Shown here: piece after piece, positions 25,832-39,965 of the stretch
How the letters are laid out: each line of letters starts with the position of its first letter
How positions within the stretch are numbered: the stretch's first letter is position 1
Origin: Octopus vulgaris
Lineage: Eukaryota
Reading direction: 5' to 3'
Assembly: GCA_951406725.2 (NCBI GenBank)
Contig: OX597818.1
Location: forward strand, 50,220,001-50,284,000
DNA length: 64,000 nt
Notes under the pieces: model-generated
Told to the model about the DNA's origin: nothing
Database searches by the model: none
The model's input: only the letters and a program-made list of their open reading frames with translations
Made by a program: the position numbers and the translations under genes

Positions 25832-27829
25832 AAATGTTATCTTAACGTTGCTTGTTTGTTGCCATGTCGTCCGTTGAGCTTTCTTTTCAGCTTCATCGAT
25901 TGCTTGTGTCTGGAGCTCTTGGAACCTTAACGACACCAGTCTCAAACAGAATTATCTATAAACCACCGGAACCCACAATGAAAAACATGTACGTGAAAGT
26001 TGCAAAGCGAAATTGAAAACGTTGCCCACCACGAAATCACCAAAAGTTGTATGAAAATTTTAGCTGGATTTACTGTTACCTACCAGAAGATTTTTACGTG
26101 TAGCCGCTTATTATAATCGGAGAAATGTTATTGTTTTCAAGAAGGCTCCGTACTAAAATAATCACTCTAAAAGGGTTCCATTGTACACACACACACACAA
26201 GATGTATGATCTTGTGGTTAAGGTTGATTACTAATTCCAGCTGGCGTGTTGAGTCCTTGAGCAAAGTACTTCATTCTTCTCTAGGCAAAATGAGTAACAG
26301 CCAAGTGCAGCCTCCTGGATGTCCCCGCTGGATCAAAGATGAAAAGGAGAATGTCTGTTTGGTTGTGACCACATCAGGGTCTAAAACAATTAGCAAAATC
26401 ATGGTACACTTAACAAGTCATATTTGCTAGTGGCAACTGTCTTGGTATAGTGTTTACAACCCTAGCTGACCAAGACTTTTTCCTACCCCCAATTGTAGAG
26501 AGATTATGTACCTAAGTCTGATCAGTTTCCTATACCGCTAAGAACTTTATAGGTGCGAAACGAATGGTCACTCTCTGACTAGCCATAATCAACGACCTTT
26601 TAAGTATATATTTATATATTTATATTTATAATAAGGTAAAAAAAAGGCAGTTACACTAAAGTTGGCATAAGGAGTGTATTGTCGGAGAAGATTTTCCATG
26701 GCTTAATAATGTCCTTCCAGATGCCTCATCGGTTACCAAGCAAGATAATATTTCCTCCATGACTAGATGTTGAACGACACCACTTGTATAACAGTGGCAC
26801 TCAGCTTCTTTCATTTTCCATCAAGGCTTTGTTCAAACTTGAGCTATAGAAGGCATGTATTCAAAGTGTCACACAGTGGAACTATACTGGAACTGCATGG
26901 TTGAGAACCAAACTTAGAAATCACACTGTCATGCCTATGTATATATATATATATATATATATATCATCATCGTTTAACGTCCGTTTTCCAGGCTAGCATG
27001 GGTTTGACCGGGGTCTGGGAAGCCAGGAGGCTGCACCAGGGCTCCAGTCTGATCTGGCAGTGTTTCTACAGCTGGATGCCCTTCCTAACGACAACCACAT
27101 ATATACACACACACACATATATAGACTGACTTTTGAGAAAAATTTGTGATGATTCAATTATATAATAAACTGAAAGTGCCTTTATTTTAAGTTTGTGTGT
27201 GTGTGTACTTATTGTGAATTTGAAAACATGAGTGTGGGGGGTGCTGTTTAGGTAGGCAAGGTAGGTAGTGCCTACCTTGAATAAAATCGATAGCAACATT
27301 TTCATTTTATGGCAAAATATGCACTTAATTCAATAAAATTATGAAGGTTACTCTGATTACTATGCATAAAATACAAAATATTTTTTTAGTAGATTAGGTA
27401 GGCATAATTCATCCCTGCTTTTCGATCTAAGTATCTAAGCTAGGCATAATACTGCTGTAGTACACGTGCCATGTACATTCCTACAACAATTTCTTTATGT
27501 GCTATGAAGGCGGATGTAAATCTGCCTACAACTCAGTCGTGTACCTGTGTTTTACTACATAAAGGTTACCAACTGCCCACCCTGAGTAATTACTGATGGC
27601 ATGTGCCTGATGCAAACCATTGGAAATCTGTCATATGTAAAAGTATGTGTTTATGATGTGAGCGTCAATAAGCATATTGCATGCTTGTCACTACATGAGT
27701 GAAATGGTGATGATGTTGTCAATCCTTACTTGAAAAACAAGGGTTGGTGACAGGAAGAGCATCTGGCCATAAAATTATGTCTCAACTATCCATCTCAGCC
27801 TGTGATAAGCATGGAATAATGGCCTTTAA

Positions 27830-28297
27830 CCCTTTTGTTACTGTATTTATTTTGAGATGCTCTGTGTTTCTTTCAGTTACTTAAATATAACAAAGAATTT
27901 AGTAAAATAACTGAGTTATCATTCAGCTAGATGTGACTAGATAAATTGTGACTAAGGTTTGGTGGAAGATTTTCATTCAAAACTTATGAAAACAAGACAT
28001 TTGTACTCAGAGCCAGAACCGGTTTCAGCCGGGTTGATAATGAAAGGGTTAAGAATTATTTTTCTATCATATATTTTAACCTTTTTGCGACTATATTTCT
28101 GTTGAGATGCTCAGTGTTTCTTTCAATTAATTTTAAATATAACAAAGAATTTAGTAAAATAACTTATCATTCAGCTAGTGTTAGGAGAATAAATTGTGAC
28201 TAAAGTTTGGTGGCAGATTTTAATTCAAAACTTATGAAAAACAAGACATTTGTACTCAGAGCCAGAGCCGGTTTCAGCCAGGTTGGTAACGAAAGGG
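27830..28297. mobile_element. Two adjacent piggyBac-type MITEs (27830-28048, 28080-28297)
   Basis: TTAA|CC(C/T)TTT...AAAGGG|TTAA termini; the two ~220-bp bodies are homologous. Confidence 0.75.
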
Positions 28298-30599
28298 TTA
28301 AAAAACAAATATATGTGTATAAATATTCATCTATGCATACAGGTGAAGGTGATCTAGTGTTTAGGCTGTTGCACTCTTGATTTGCTAAATTGTGGGTTTG
28401 ATTCCCAGACTGGGGTGTGTGTTGCATTCTTGGGCAAAACATTTCATTTCACATTGCTCCAGTCCCTCTTTTGATCAGTGGGGGAATGTTGGTCTGCTTG
28501 CCTGGCCAGTGAAGGCTAAAACGATGCAAAGCACATTTTGACCATCTGATAGTCTGGTTGGTCATGTGGTTATGTGATCACATGCATACAAATGGCTGCT
28601 GGCTGCATTGCAACAGAATCAGCTCCTCTTTAAATAGACTGTCTACAGGATTCTAATAACTCAACCACAACTTCTTGAAGCCATACATCATTCGTTAGTG
28701 TCGTATAATTTGATGAATTTCAAATAGACTTTCTGCTTGTAGAAAACATATAAGGTTACCTATACAGACAGGCCATATAGTTTTCCAAACATGTTCAGAA
28801 CTGAGTGTTTCACGCCATCTCATCTTTTTGACTCTGTGGCTGTGTTATCCAACCATCCGTAATGTTGAACTTTCCAGAAGTCTTTAACTGTATGTTAATC
28901 TTCCAATTCAATTAATTTTTTTTTTTTTGTCTTTTTAATTGGTTCAAAGTTCTTAGACGGTATGTCTTGAAGTTAGCATTCACACCTTGATCCATTGACT
29001 GTAGCGAAATATTTATGTTCTTGAGGATATAGTTTACTCACGTATTATCTGAAACCTAATTTGTATTTACTAGGTGGCTTGGTGCATTGTCTTAAAGGAT
29101 CAATAATCTGTTGGAAATATTACACTTGGCACTGTGTCAATGTCCAAGCAGTTAATGAATTAGCTGCTTGAGCATTTGACCTAATTTTGTGTTTATTGTC
29201 ATTTATTGTTCCTACTGTTGACTTTGTGATAATGTTTTTACAATGTAGATGAATTTTTCTATTGCTACAAGCCTTTGTCAGACATTAAATTTAACATTCA
29301 ACAGTCCTTTTGCCCACACATTTTCACACCATTGCATTTACTTCCAGTTGGTGATTTCTTTCTGGTTTTCTTGAACAACTAAAATACACTTGTATTGTGC
29401 GTATTTGTAGTTAAGTCCAACAGCTGTGGTGTTAAGCAAGAAATCTACACCAAATAGTAAAGAGTTGAGTAGTGATGTTCTACACAGGCAAATGTAGTAA
29501 TCTCCTATTAAAAATAAAAAAAAGGCAAAAAAAAGATAAAAGATGTGAAAGAGCAGTATCAAAGAGTAAGAGCTTTACAATGTGGGAAGAACTTCTTGAT
29601 TAAAGAATGTGAATGCAAAAGAAGGTAAAAAAAATGAATATAAAAGAAAGGATGGAAGAAGACAGAAAAAAAAAAGAATATAAAATGCAACTCAAGAAAC
29701 TATTGGTCAAAGTTTCAAAGAGGGTAAATTTTGAAAGCTGAGATGGGAAATGTTGAAAAAAAAAAAAGGCTTTTGGTGATACCTTCCCTTGTACAATCAG
29801 TGTATCTTTAAGCTTATAATTGTATGTACATGCACACAGCTATATATAATGGCTCTCCATTTGGTCGTTTGGTCAACTGGACTAATTACTCATTGGATTA
29901 GCATGTAACTGGCTGAGCATTCCACGTAAAATGTTTACCTTTAACACTTCTCAAGCAGAATCAATTACTATATGACAATTTGGATACAATCTATCCAGTT
30001 TCTGTCTACCCAATCTCTTGAGATTTGGGTTCGCCTGAGGCTATGGGAAAAGATGTTTGTTCTGATGCTGTACATTAGCATCTGTGCAATTGGTTGTGAC
30101 ACAAACATCTTAACCATTTGACCACGCAGCATCCATCACATACATACACCTTAATCATAAAATTAGAATTAAACACAAATCAGCTACGGGTGTTGCTAAG
30201 GTCTCCGCTTACGCTCTGAAGAAGTGTTCAACGTCAACTTGATTCTCTCTTACTCAGTAGTTCTCTACTGGTTACTTATTGTGGTCCACTTTGATTTACT
30301 GAATATTTGTTAAACCATTTGTGCACAATCAATAAAGTGAGACCAAAAATTAAACAGAATGAAATCAGTTTAACATCAAATAATGAAACCTAATGAAAAA
30401 TAAGCGAATTCACGAACATATACTATTAAACTTTGATGTTTAATACTACTGTAATATGTAGCAGATGATTTTTAAATGCAATTTGTGGCTAGTATTTCAT
30501 CATTTTTCTGTTATTGAATCATCACTAAAGGTACTGTGAAGATCATTTTTAACAACCAAATGATTTATATACTTTAAAAGCCACATTTACAAAAATATT

Positions 30600-32560
30600 T
30601 TAATGCCTAAATGGAAAGCATGATTGGTAACACCAGAATAGATTTTCGACATGTGAGGATAAAACACCTGTGGCAGAGAAATTGTGCAGTATGATCATTC
30701 TTGGATTCCAAAAAATTCCTCTGGAATTAGTTGTGGAATTGTGTTCAGTAGATTGTTGATCATCAAGGTCATTCTCTTTGGTCAGCTCAGGAAAACAGTA
30801 CCACACTCTTCTTTCAACATTCCTATATGCTCAATGATTTTTTCTATGGATTTTTTTTTTGTGGTTGTTCAGTAAGGGAACTTAGATTTAGGAATTGTAA
30901 TTTCCCATTTGGAACCTTTGTGTCTAAAGAGCCATCTTTTGTTGGAATATAATTTTTGCCTTCATTTTAAAGATTTACACTTTTTCCTTGTTAAGAAAGC
31001 TTCAATTCTTCAAAAATGTTAACGATTCCAATAAATGTCTTTTCCAAGAGAGCCTTGTATTTAGAGCTGACAGTCTGACACAATGACCTTAATGACCCTT
31101 TTAACGATAGCATTCAAATCCCTTGTTAATGTCTGAACAGACAGGGCTTTCCAGTGTATATGCAATGCATACATATTACTTTTGCAGATCACGTTTTTAC
31201 CACCAACATTTGAAATCGTGGTTTTTTTAACCTAGCATGGCATGTGCATTGTCATCAATGACATTAGAATTTCTTTCATCAAGACCATTCGCCCTAAAAA
31301 ATTTCCATGACATTGGCTGACTTGGTTCATGGTCTGTGGAGGCTTACAGAAGAGCAATTCATCTTCAATAGTTTCAATGAACATTTATTACACAAAGACT
31401 TGTAACTGGTAGCAAACAGCAATATCAGTCAACTTTAGTTCTATAGAAAAGAGCGTAGAATTTTTTGGCTTCTTCAATTACTTGGTCATTGATAGTCTTT
31501 GACAATAGTTACAAAGTTAGACGTACAAACAATATAGAAATATCAAGTGGGGGCATGAACAATGTATATAATATAAAATTTATAATAAAACAATTTAATA
31601 CATATTATTGGAGTACATAAGTCAAAATAAATATAATTAATGAAGAATCACAATTGATTTTTCTGTTACCGTGTATAAGAATGTAGAGAACAATACATTT
31701 TAAAATAAATTGTGGAATGTGGTCCAAAGAAATGTTTCATTAAATGTCTATTCTTGTGTACTGCTTGAATAAAAATATCTTTGATTTCTTCTGGCAGTCT
31801 CATTATTGGGAAGTTTTTCATACCTCATCAGCTTTGTTATAATGGAATTTCATCTATGTATGCTCATGTATATATATATATACATACATACATACGTATA
31901 TATACATACATGTATACACATACATGTATACATATATATACATACATGTATGTGTATATACATACATGTATATGTGTATATACATACATGTATATGTGTA
32001 TATACATGCATGTATACATATATATACATACATGTATATGTGTATATACATACATGTATATGTGTATATACATGCATGTATACATATATATACATACATG
32101 TATATGTATATATACATACATGTATATGTATATATACATACATGTATATGTATATATACATACATGTATACGTATATATACATACCTGTATATGTATATA
32201 TACATACCTGTATATGTATATATACATACATGTATATGTATATATACATACATGTATATGTATGCATACATATATATATATATATACATGCACACACACG
32301 TTTTTGTGCAAGGTCAGACAACTAAATTGAGGCCATTTTGAAAATGCTTCATCTCCATAAGTATGGTGAATTAAGAGTTAATTTCTTGTAAAGAGTCTGG
32401 AAACTTAACTTTTTCTATGTGTATTACATGTTGAGATAGCTTCACTATGACAAAACATTGGCAAAATGATACACACAAAGTGTTGCTTCAGTATTGACAC
32501 AGTATATGCAAAGGCACCAGTTTGCAATAAAGCTACAAATGTTCTCTTGTTATCTTAGGT
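30600..32560 (-). pseudogene. Decayed hAT/Buster-type (ZBED/SCAND3-like) transposase interrupted by a TA/TACA microsatellite (31866-32300)
   Basis: Minus-strand frameshifted peptides INDQVIEEAKKFYAL..TDIAVCYQLQVFV..ETIEDELLFCKP..FFRANGL..DDNAHAMLG..CMHC..SALNTRL..WYCFPEL follow the Buster transposase motif order. Confidence 0.65.
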
Positions 32561-32852
32561 AACCTACAGTGATCACAGGTATACCCACACCTTTCTGGCT
32601 GGTTTAAAATGATCTGTTGTAGCAATTCTTGCAGTTTGTTCTGAAGTTAGAACTAAGCGAGTCCCAAATCTTCTGAACCACTTGAAGCACTTTGGGAGTG
32701 CAAGTGAGATTCGTTGCCAATGAAAAGGAATTTGCAGCCAACCAAGTCAGTCAGTTGCCATACCTGTAGAGTAATTACAGTTGAGTCTTTTGAAGTTCTC
32801 ATTGTCATGCAAAACAAGAATCCATCTTTGGTGATATATATATAAATATTTT

Positions 32853-33069
32853 ATTCTTTTACTGGCCACAAGGGTCTACACACAGAGGGAACAGACAAAT
32901 GGATTAAGTCGTTTATATCGAACCCAGTGCGTAACTGGTACTTATTTAATCGACTCTGAAAGGATGAAAGGCAAAGTCGACCTCAGCGGAATTTGAACCC
33001 AGAACTTAGTGGCAGACGAAATACCGCTAAACATTTCGCCCGGCGTGCTAACGTTTCTGGCAGCTCGCC
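32853..33069 (-). mobile_element. SINE family B
   Basis: Full head and Meta-like core. Confidence 0.85.
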
Positions 33070-34768
33070 TTATATATATATATATATATAAACACACACA
33101 TGTTCATATGGTAACATGTCCAGTACAGTGTGTTTCATGGTCAAGCTGTCAGTGACCAATCTGTCTCCCCACCTTCCTGCCTGACAAAGGAGTATTGCAA
33201 GAAGAACTATAGGACGATACCTATCAAAAACAGGGAAGGACCTAGCATAGGATCCAAAGCTTTCTAGCAATTGTGTGGGTACACATACCTGTGAAGGTGA
33301 ATGATGATGCCAAAAAACCACTTAGTAGTGGTCTTGTTTGAATATTTAGCTGGGGAAAGAATACTTTGATGTGAAACCAGACAGTTGTTCAGCTTCTGAT
33401 TATAGCAGCCACCAGAAGTGGTCTTCTAGCTGTAAAAGCCAGCAGAGTTCAGTGCATGCTTTACATTAACCAATTTCATGCACAGGAACTTCTTGGGAAA
33501 CCCATGATGGTGAAAAAACCCGGCAATGACTAACTGGAAGTATGTAATTGCAAACCTACTGCAAAATAGCCTGGGACATTTGTCGCTTCTGATTCTGCAA
33601 CCCTTTCCAGAGGCAGCACTACTTACCTGTTAATTAGGAAGGACCTAGGAAAAAGTATGAGCAGAGTTAACCTATTTTAAGAATTGGCCATCAACCCACT
33701 GGCTACCAATTCTCCTTTGTTTTCAGGCTTCTATGGTAGCCTCCAAGCAATTTACAACTCTCCAAGAAGTAATTATACTCGGACAAGTTGATGGTCATCA
33801 TATCTAAGTATTGTGTGTGGGTATATGTGTATCCTTTTGTTCTTTGACCTCAGTTATTGTGCTGGGGCATAGTCTTGAGTTTTTTAGCCAATCACATTGA
33901 TCCCAGTTTTTATGTTAATGGGGGTGTGCACATACACACACACACACACCCACATGACAGTCTTCAGCACAGTTTCTGTCTTCCAAGCCCGCAAGGATCT
34001 TGTAGCTATACTAAAAGACACGAGCACATGGCCATTCTATGATTTTGAGGAGTGTGCAACCATCTCCTAGCCTTTGTTAATCCCAGATCTACTCTAACCT
34101 GGTGTAGTAGCACCATTTAGGGTCATAGCTATGGGTTAATTTTATTAATATGGGGACTACTGGGAATGAAGGATCCCTAGTTTCATTAGAACTTCCTTCT
34201 AGGAGTAGTTTAACTTATATAAAACCCCAAAACCTGAAGGGCAGTTGGTTTCTGGTCGTCTCAACTTCTGTTTTGCCACCGGTTTTATAGCTGATTGCAT
34301 CAGAAAGTGAGTTTGGTGCCGTGCAACACTTCATCCGCACAAATGAATTCATGCACAGAAACCCCTTGGACCCTTGGAATGTTTGCGTGGACTTAATGAG
34401 TTTAGGAAATGGTCTTACTTAATCACAAGTTGACTTGCAGCATATTTTTTTAACTTTTACTTGTTTCAGTCATTAGGGTGCGAACATGCTGGGGCACCAC
34501 CTTGAGGGATTTTTATTCAAATGAATCGACCCCAGTACTTTTTTTTAAAGCCTGTACTTAATCTATCAATCTCATTTGCCGAACTACTAAGTTACATGGA
34601 TGTAAATATACTAACATACATACATACATATATATATGTATATATATATGTATATGTATGTATTTATATATATATGTATATGTATGTATTTATATATATA
34701 TGTATATGTATGTATTTATATGTATATATTTATGTATATGTATGTATTTATATATATATATATATATA

Positions 34769-35265
34769 CTAGCAGTATCGCCCGGCGTTGCTCGGGTTTG
34801 TAAAGGAAATAACTATATAAGCATTTTTAGAGAGTTACTTCCCTTATAGATGCCAATTCGGGCTTTCTTAGCCATTTCTGTTTTGGTGTCTTCAAGCCAT
34901 GAAGTCGTTGTTCTAAAAGAACGCTGGTCTCCTTGACAACGCTTTACGACATTGATTTCCTTACACTCCCTTCCCCACAGCTTCACGAGGGAGGGAAGAA
35001 GGGGGAGAAGCAAACAGGTGCAGGTGTGACCGTGGACGCCAACTCTGCCGCCATCGACACACGAAAAATTATGCATTAAAATGGAATAAAAAATGATGTT
35101 GAATTATTTTTAAAATCGTAGACTTATCGTAGACGCGCGCTAATACTCAGACGGGCTCGATATGAATCACGACTATAAGATACCTGAATTTGGTTAAACT
35201 GCACCGCAAAATGTGGGAGTAGTTAGGAATCTAAATCGAAGGGGACAGACACTCACACAACTACA

Positions 35266-35280
<15 letters not shown>
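34769..35280 (-). mobile_element. Non-autonomous Helitron with an extra ~220-bp internal segment, inserted in a TA-rich microsatellite (34615-35760)
   Basis: Hairpin plus CTAG at 34769; 5' part matches the 10929 copy; 34848-35065 is absent from the other copies. Confidence 0.85.
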
Positions 35281-35318
<38 letters not shown>

Positions 35319-35511
35319 TTATATATATGTATGTATGTATTTATATATATGTATGTATGTATTTATATATGTATGTATGTATTTATATATATGTATGTAT
35401 GTATATATATATATGTATGTATGTATTTATATATATGTATGTATGTATTTATATATATGTATGTATGTATTTATATATATGTATATATGTATTTATATAT
35501 ATGTATGTATG

Positions 35512-35561
<50 letters not shown>

Positions 35562-36971
35562 TATATTTATATATATACACACATATATATATATATTTGT
35601 ATATACACATGTATGTATATATAAGCATATATATATTTGTATATGTATGTGTATGTATGTATGTTTATATGTATATATATATGTGTGTATATGTATATAT
35701 CTATATAGATATGTGTGGGTGTGTATTTGTAAGTATCAATATATTTATGTATATACACATACCTATGTATATGTGCATATTTGTGTGTATGTATCTATAT
35801 ATAAATCTATATAGAAAAAAATATAAGCATTTATGTATGTGTCTGTGTATGGTAACTCCTAAATTTGTTTCTGTATCTGTGAGCCTTTCTACCACGACCT
35901 TGGGGTTGATCATGTGATGAATTTGTGAATGGAAAATGTATGAATGAATTTTTATGAATGGACTTTAAAGCAGCGTAGTAGAATGGTAAGAAAAATCAAT
36001 CAATATTTTGTGTTGATTTAATGTGATATATGTATATTTTGTACATTTGATATTTGCTAAATATGATTTTTGTAGTAGTTTTTATATCACTTGACTTGTC
36101 TTGTAGATAATGTACGATATTTCTGATATAAATTCGAGTAAGTTGTATCTGAGTGACGTAGATTATGTTAATGTGATTTTATTGATTTTTCTTCTAGTCA
36201 CAAGGTTTTCGATGTATCCATATGTAGATGAAATCATTTTCAATACTGTTTTCACAAGGCTAGACGTGTATGTGTATGTAATATGCATGCGTGTGTGTGT
36301 GTGTGTTGTCTGGTGATTTTGAAATCGATGAAATAATGATTTTAAAATTTCAATTTTGAGTAGTTAATGGAATTGAAGAAAAAAATATTTTTATAGAAGT
36401 CAAAAGTAACGATGATTTCTTTGTATATATTTGGTTTACCGTAATATTTACACGCATAATTAATAAACGAAACGGTTAGGTTCTATTATAGACTAAATCG
36501 CATAGACCATTTGACTTGAATTTGAAAAACATCATCTTTGTGAAATAGGTAAAAATCATTCTTAGTCACACACCACAGGTGACTAAAATGGTATTTAGCA
36601 AAACCTGAAATAAAAATAAATTTTTATTTCATGTAAACAAAAGCAAAAAAAAAAAAATCAACATATCTTGTATTCTGTATGTAGTGCAGTTCCATTGTTT
36701 TAGAGATTTTTTGTTTTTTTTACTTGTTTCAGTCATTAGACTGTGGCCATGCTGGGGCACCACCTCAAGAGATTTTTGGTCAAATGGATCAGTCCCATTA
36801 CATTTTTTTTTTAAGCCTAGTACTTATTCTATCAGTTTCTTTTGCCAAGCTGCTAAGTTACAGGAACATAAACACATAAACCAGCACCAGTCGTCAAGTG
36901 GTGGAGAAGGAACAGACATAAAGACACACACGCAAATATATATGTGTGGGAGTGTGTGTGTATATATATCA

Positions 36972-37245
36972 GTGCCACTTGGCTGCCTCCCATGCCAGTG
37001 GCACGTAAAAAGCAGCATTTGAGTGTGGTCGATGCCAGTACCACCTGACTGGCCCCCGAGCCAGTGGCATGTAAAAATTACCCACTACACTCTCAGAGTG
37101 ATTGGCATTAGGAAGGGCATCCAGCTGTAGAAACCTTGCCAAATCAGACTGGAGCCTGGTGCAGCCTCCTGGTTTTCCAATCCTCAGTCAAACTGTCCAA
37201 CCCATGACTGCATGGAAAGCGGATGTTAAACGATGACGATGATGA
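36972..37245 (+). mobile_element. SINE family C ((GAT)n tail)
   Basis: TGGC(G/A)TTAGGAAGGGCATCCAGCTGTAGAAAC...GGAAAGCGGA(C/T)GTTAAACGATGA. Confidence 0.8.
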
Positions 37246-37267
37246 GATATATTTGTGTGTGTGTGTA

Positions 37268-37318
<51 letters not shown>

Positions 37319-37383
37319 TAAAACGGTAAGATAACAAAAGAAAGAAAGAGACCTCAATATTATGTAAATAGAGGAAATTTATC

Positions 37384-37497
37384 TATACAATAATATGTTA
37401 CATTACTCGATAGTCAAGATAAAACTCTGAGTTTCAGATGCCGAAGAAACTCAGAGTTTTATCTTGACTATCGAGTAATGTAACATATTATTGTATA
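37384..37497. repeat. Perfect 52-bp inverted repeat with 10-nt loop
   Basis: 37384-37435 is the exact reverse complement of 37446-37497. Confidence 0.93.
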
Positions 37498-38309
37498 TAT
37501 ATATATATATATATATATAGATATTTAAAACATTACGTTATATAATTAGGGTTCAGTAAAAAAATTTACTTTACCACACACCGAACTTTTAGAAATAGCA
37601 GCCAAAGAATTTAGCTATTTCCTCTACTATAAGAAAAGTCTCCCAGACAATGTATACTCAAAAATAATTCATGTAGGTGTAGAGGGAAAAATAACGAAAG
37701 ATCACACATACATCGATTACTTGAGAACATAGATATATGTATACAATGGGCTTCTTTCATTTTCCATTTACCAAATCCACTCAAGGCTTTAGCCAGCCCG
37801 AGGTTATGGTAGAAGACACTTGCCCAAGTTGTCATGCAGTGGGAGTGAGTCTGGAACCATGTGGTTGGAATACTTCTTCACATCTATAACTAATTATTTA
37901 GAAGGGTTCTTAAATTTCTTTTTATCTGCAATATATATTTGAGCTGAGAGAAACTATAAAAAGAAAGAAAAATGGATAGAATTTGTTGCCCACGATACTG
38001 TTAACTTTGATACGCTTTCACAAATCTGTGTGGCTTCTTTTGTTTGATTTCAGCACTTGACTGCAGTTGCTCTGTACAGTCAGATGTGGGTAGCTAGAAT
38101 TTTAGTGTTCAAACTCTGGACTATAAAATGATGCTGTGCTACCATTAATATTCAGTCGAAGCAGATGGATGGAGAATTCTGGATGGTAGAATTTGTTGCT
38201 GTTATTATATACACTTTTGTGTGTCAGTAACTATTGAAAACGTGTGATATTGAAGGTTAAAGTTGAACTCTTTTACTTACTGTATGTTAGGTGATGGCTG
38301 TTAACTTAA

Positions 38310-38655
38310 TACTCTTTTACTTGTTTCAGTCATTTGGCTGCAGCCATGCTGGAGCACTGCCTTTAGTCGAGCAAATAAACCCCAGGACTTATTCTTTGTA
38401 AGCCTAGTACTTATTCTATTGGCCTCTTTTGCCAAACTGCTAAGTTACGGCAACGTAAACACACCAGCGTCGGTTGTCAAGCGATGTTGGGGGGACAAAC
38501 ACAGACACATACATATATACAACAGGCTTCTTTCAGTTTCCGTCTACCAAATCCACTCACAAGGTAGAAGACACTTGCCCAAGGTGCCACGGTGGGACTG
38601 AACCCAGAACCATGTGGTTGGTAAGCAAGCTACTTACCACAGCCACTCCTGCACC
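38310..38655 (-). mobile_element. SINE family A
   Basis: Reverse complement of the family A head and tail. Confidence 0.85.
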
Positions 38656-39609
38656 TAATATTTTGTTTGAATGGATTAAAGTGTTTGGTTAGGATGTGTG
38701 TGGTAAGTGTAATTTTGAAAGTCATTTGAAGGGGAAAAAGCAGCAATGATAAAGAATAGCCTGCTAGTTTGTATTAACTTCAATGAGTTTCAGGAAAGTT
38801 GCTGTACAAAAGTAAACTATTTACTCTTCCATGAATTCATTCCTCCTTAATTGGTTGTTGCATCATCTAATAAGTTAAATAACTTAGTTGAACCAGTTGA
38901 TCAGTTTGTGAAATTTAGGAGTGAGCTGATTTCTTTTTCACTTCTAGATTATTTTTACATCTATTTTTCGTTTGTGGATGGTTCACAAAATGTAGCTTTA
39001 TCTAAAAAAAAAAATGATTTTGCCAATGCTACAGACTATATCATATCAAAAGGTATTTAAGTGGGTATCTATGCGGTCTCATGACATGCTAGAAATAGCA
39101 AAGAAGAGCACAATGGATAATGTTGTTAAAGATAAACTATTCTGTAAAAATGGATGAAATATTCTCATGTGGAACACTTTTGGTCAAAGGTCTGCTCAGT
39201 TGGAGCTGACCTGATGGTAAACAATACTAAAACCATTATATAGTTGCTGGCAGGAAGATTTGCGGAGGGTGTGTAAAATAAAACAAATTTGAACTAAGAA
39301 TTTCATTTTTTGTTTTTTTCTTTCCAAAGTTCTCTCAACTTAAAAATAGGAAATAAAATGAAATAATCTTAGAATTGAGCCATTTTATATATTCTGTGTG
39401 TAGATTTATACAATAACCAAACAGGAAAAACAAAAAAAAAAGATATATCTATTCTGCCAATATATATATATTTTCTTCAGTTAACTTAAGCACACTCACT
39501 GTGAATGTGTGATAATCTCTGTTGTTTGTCGTCAGTCATTCTTTGATGTTACTAGTAGTTTAACTCATGAAGTCATGTAGCTTAGTGGTTAGGGATATTC
39601 TGCTCGTGC

Positions 39610-39965
39610 TAGTGGGGCACTAAGAGCACCATCCGAGCATGATTATTGCCAGAGTGGCTAACTGGCTTCCATGCCAGTGGCATGTAAAAGAGCACCATTC
39701 GAGCGTGATCATTACCAGCGTCGCCTTACTGGCACGTGAAAAAACATTCGAGCGAGGTCGTTGCCAGTACCGCCTGACTGGCCCCCATGCCGGTGGTACG
39801 TAAAAGCACCCACTACACTCTCGGAGTGGTTGGCGTTAGGAAGGGCATCCAGCTGTAGAAACTCTGCCAGATCAAGATTGGAGCCTGGTGCAGCCATCTG
39901 GTTTGCCAGTCCTCAGTCAAGTTGTCCAACCCATGCTAGCATGGAAAGCGGACGTTAAACAATGG
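39610..39965 (+). mobile_element. SINE family C
   Basis: Internal GCC(A/G)GTGG(C/T)A(C/T)GTAAAA repeats, core and GACGTTAAAC tail. Confidence 0.85.

Noticed and set aside
24600-26200. Possible FLYWCH/MULE or Tc1 transposase scraps in intron 1
   Set aside because: Resemblance too weak and fragmentary to support a call.
33100-34430. Unique-looking intronic stretch as a hidden exon or nested gene
   Set aside because: No convincing open frame or motif found, and exons 1 and 2 already join in frame into a complete Fes1 N-terminus; probably old TE debris.
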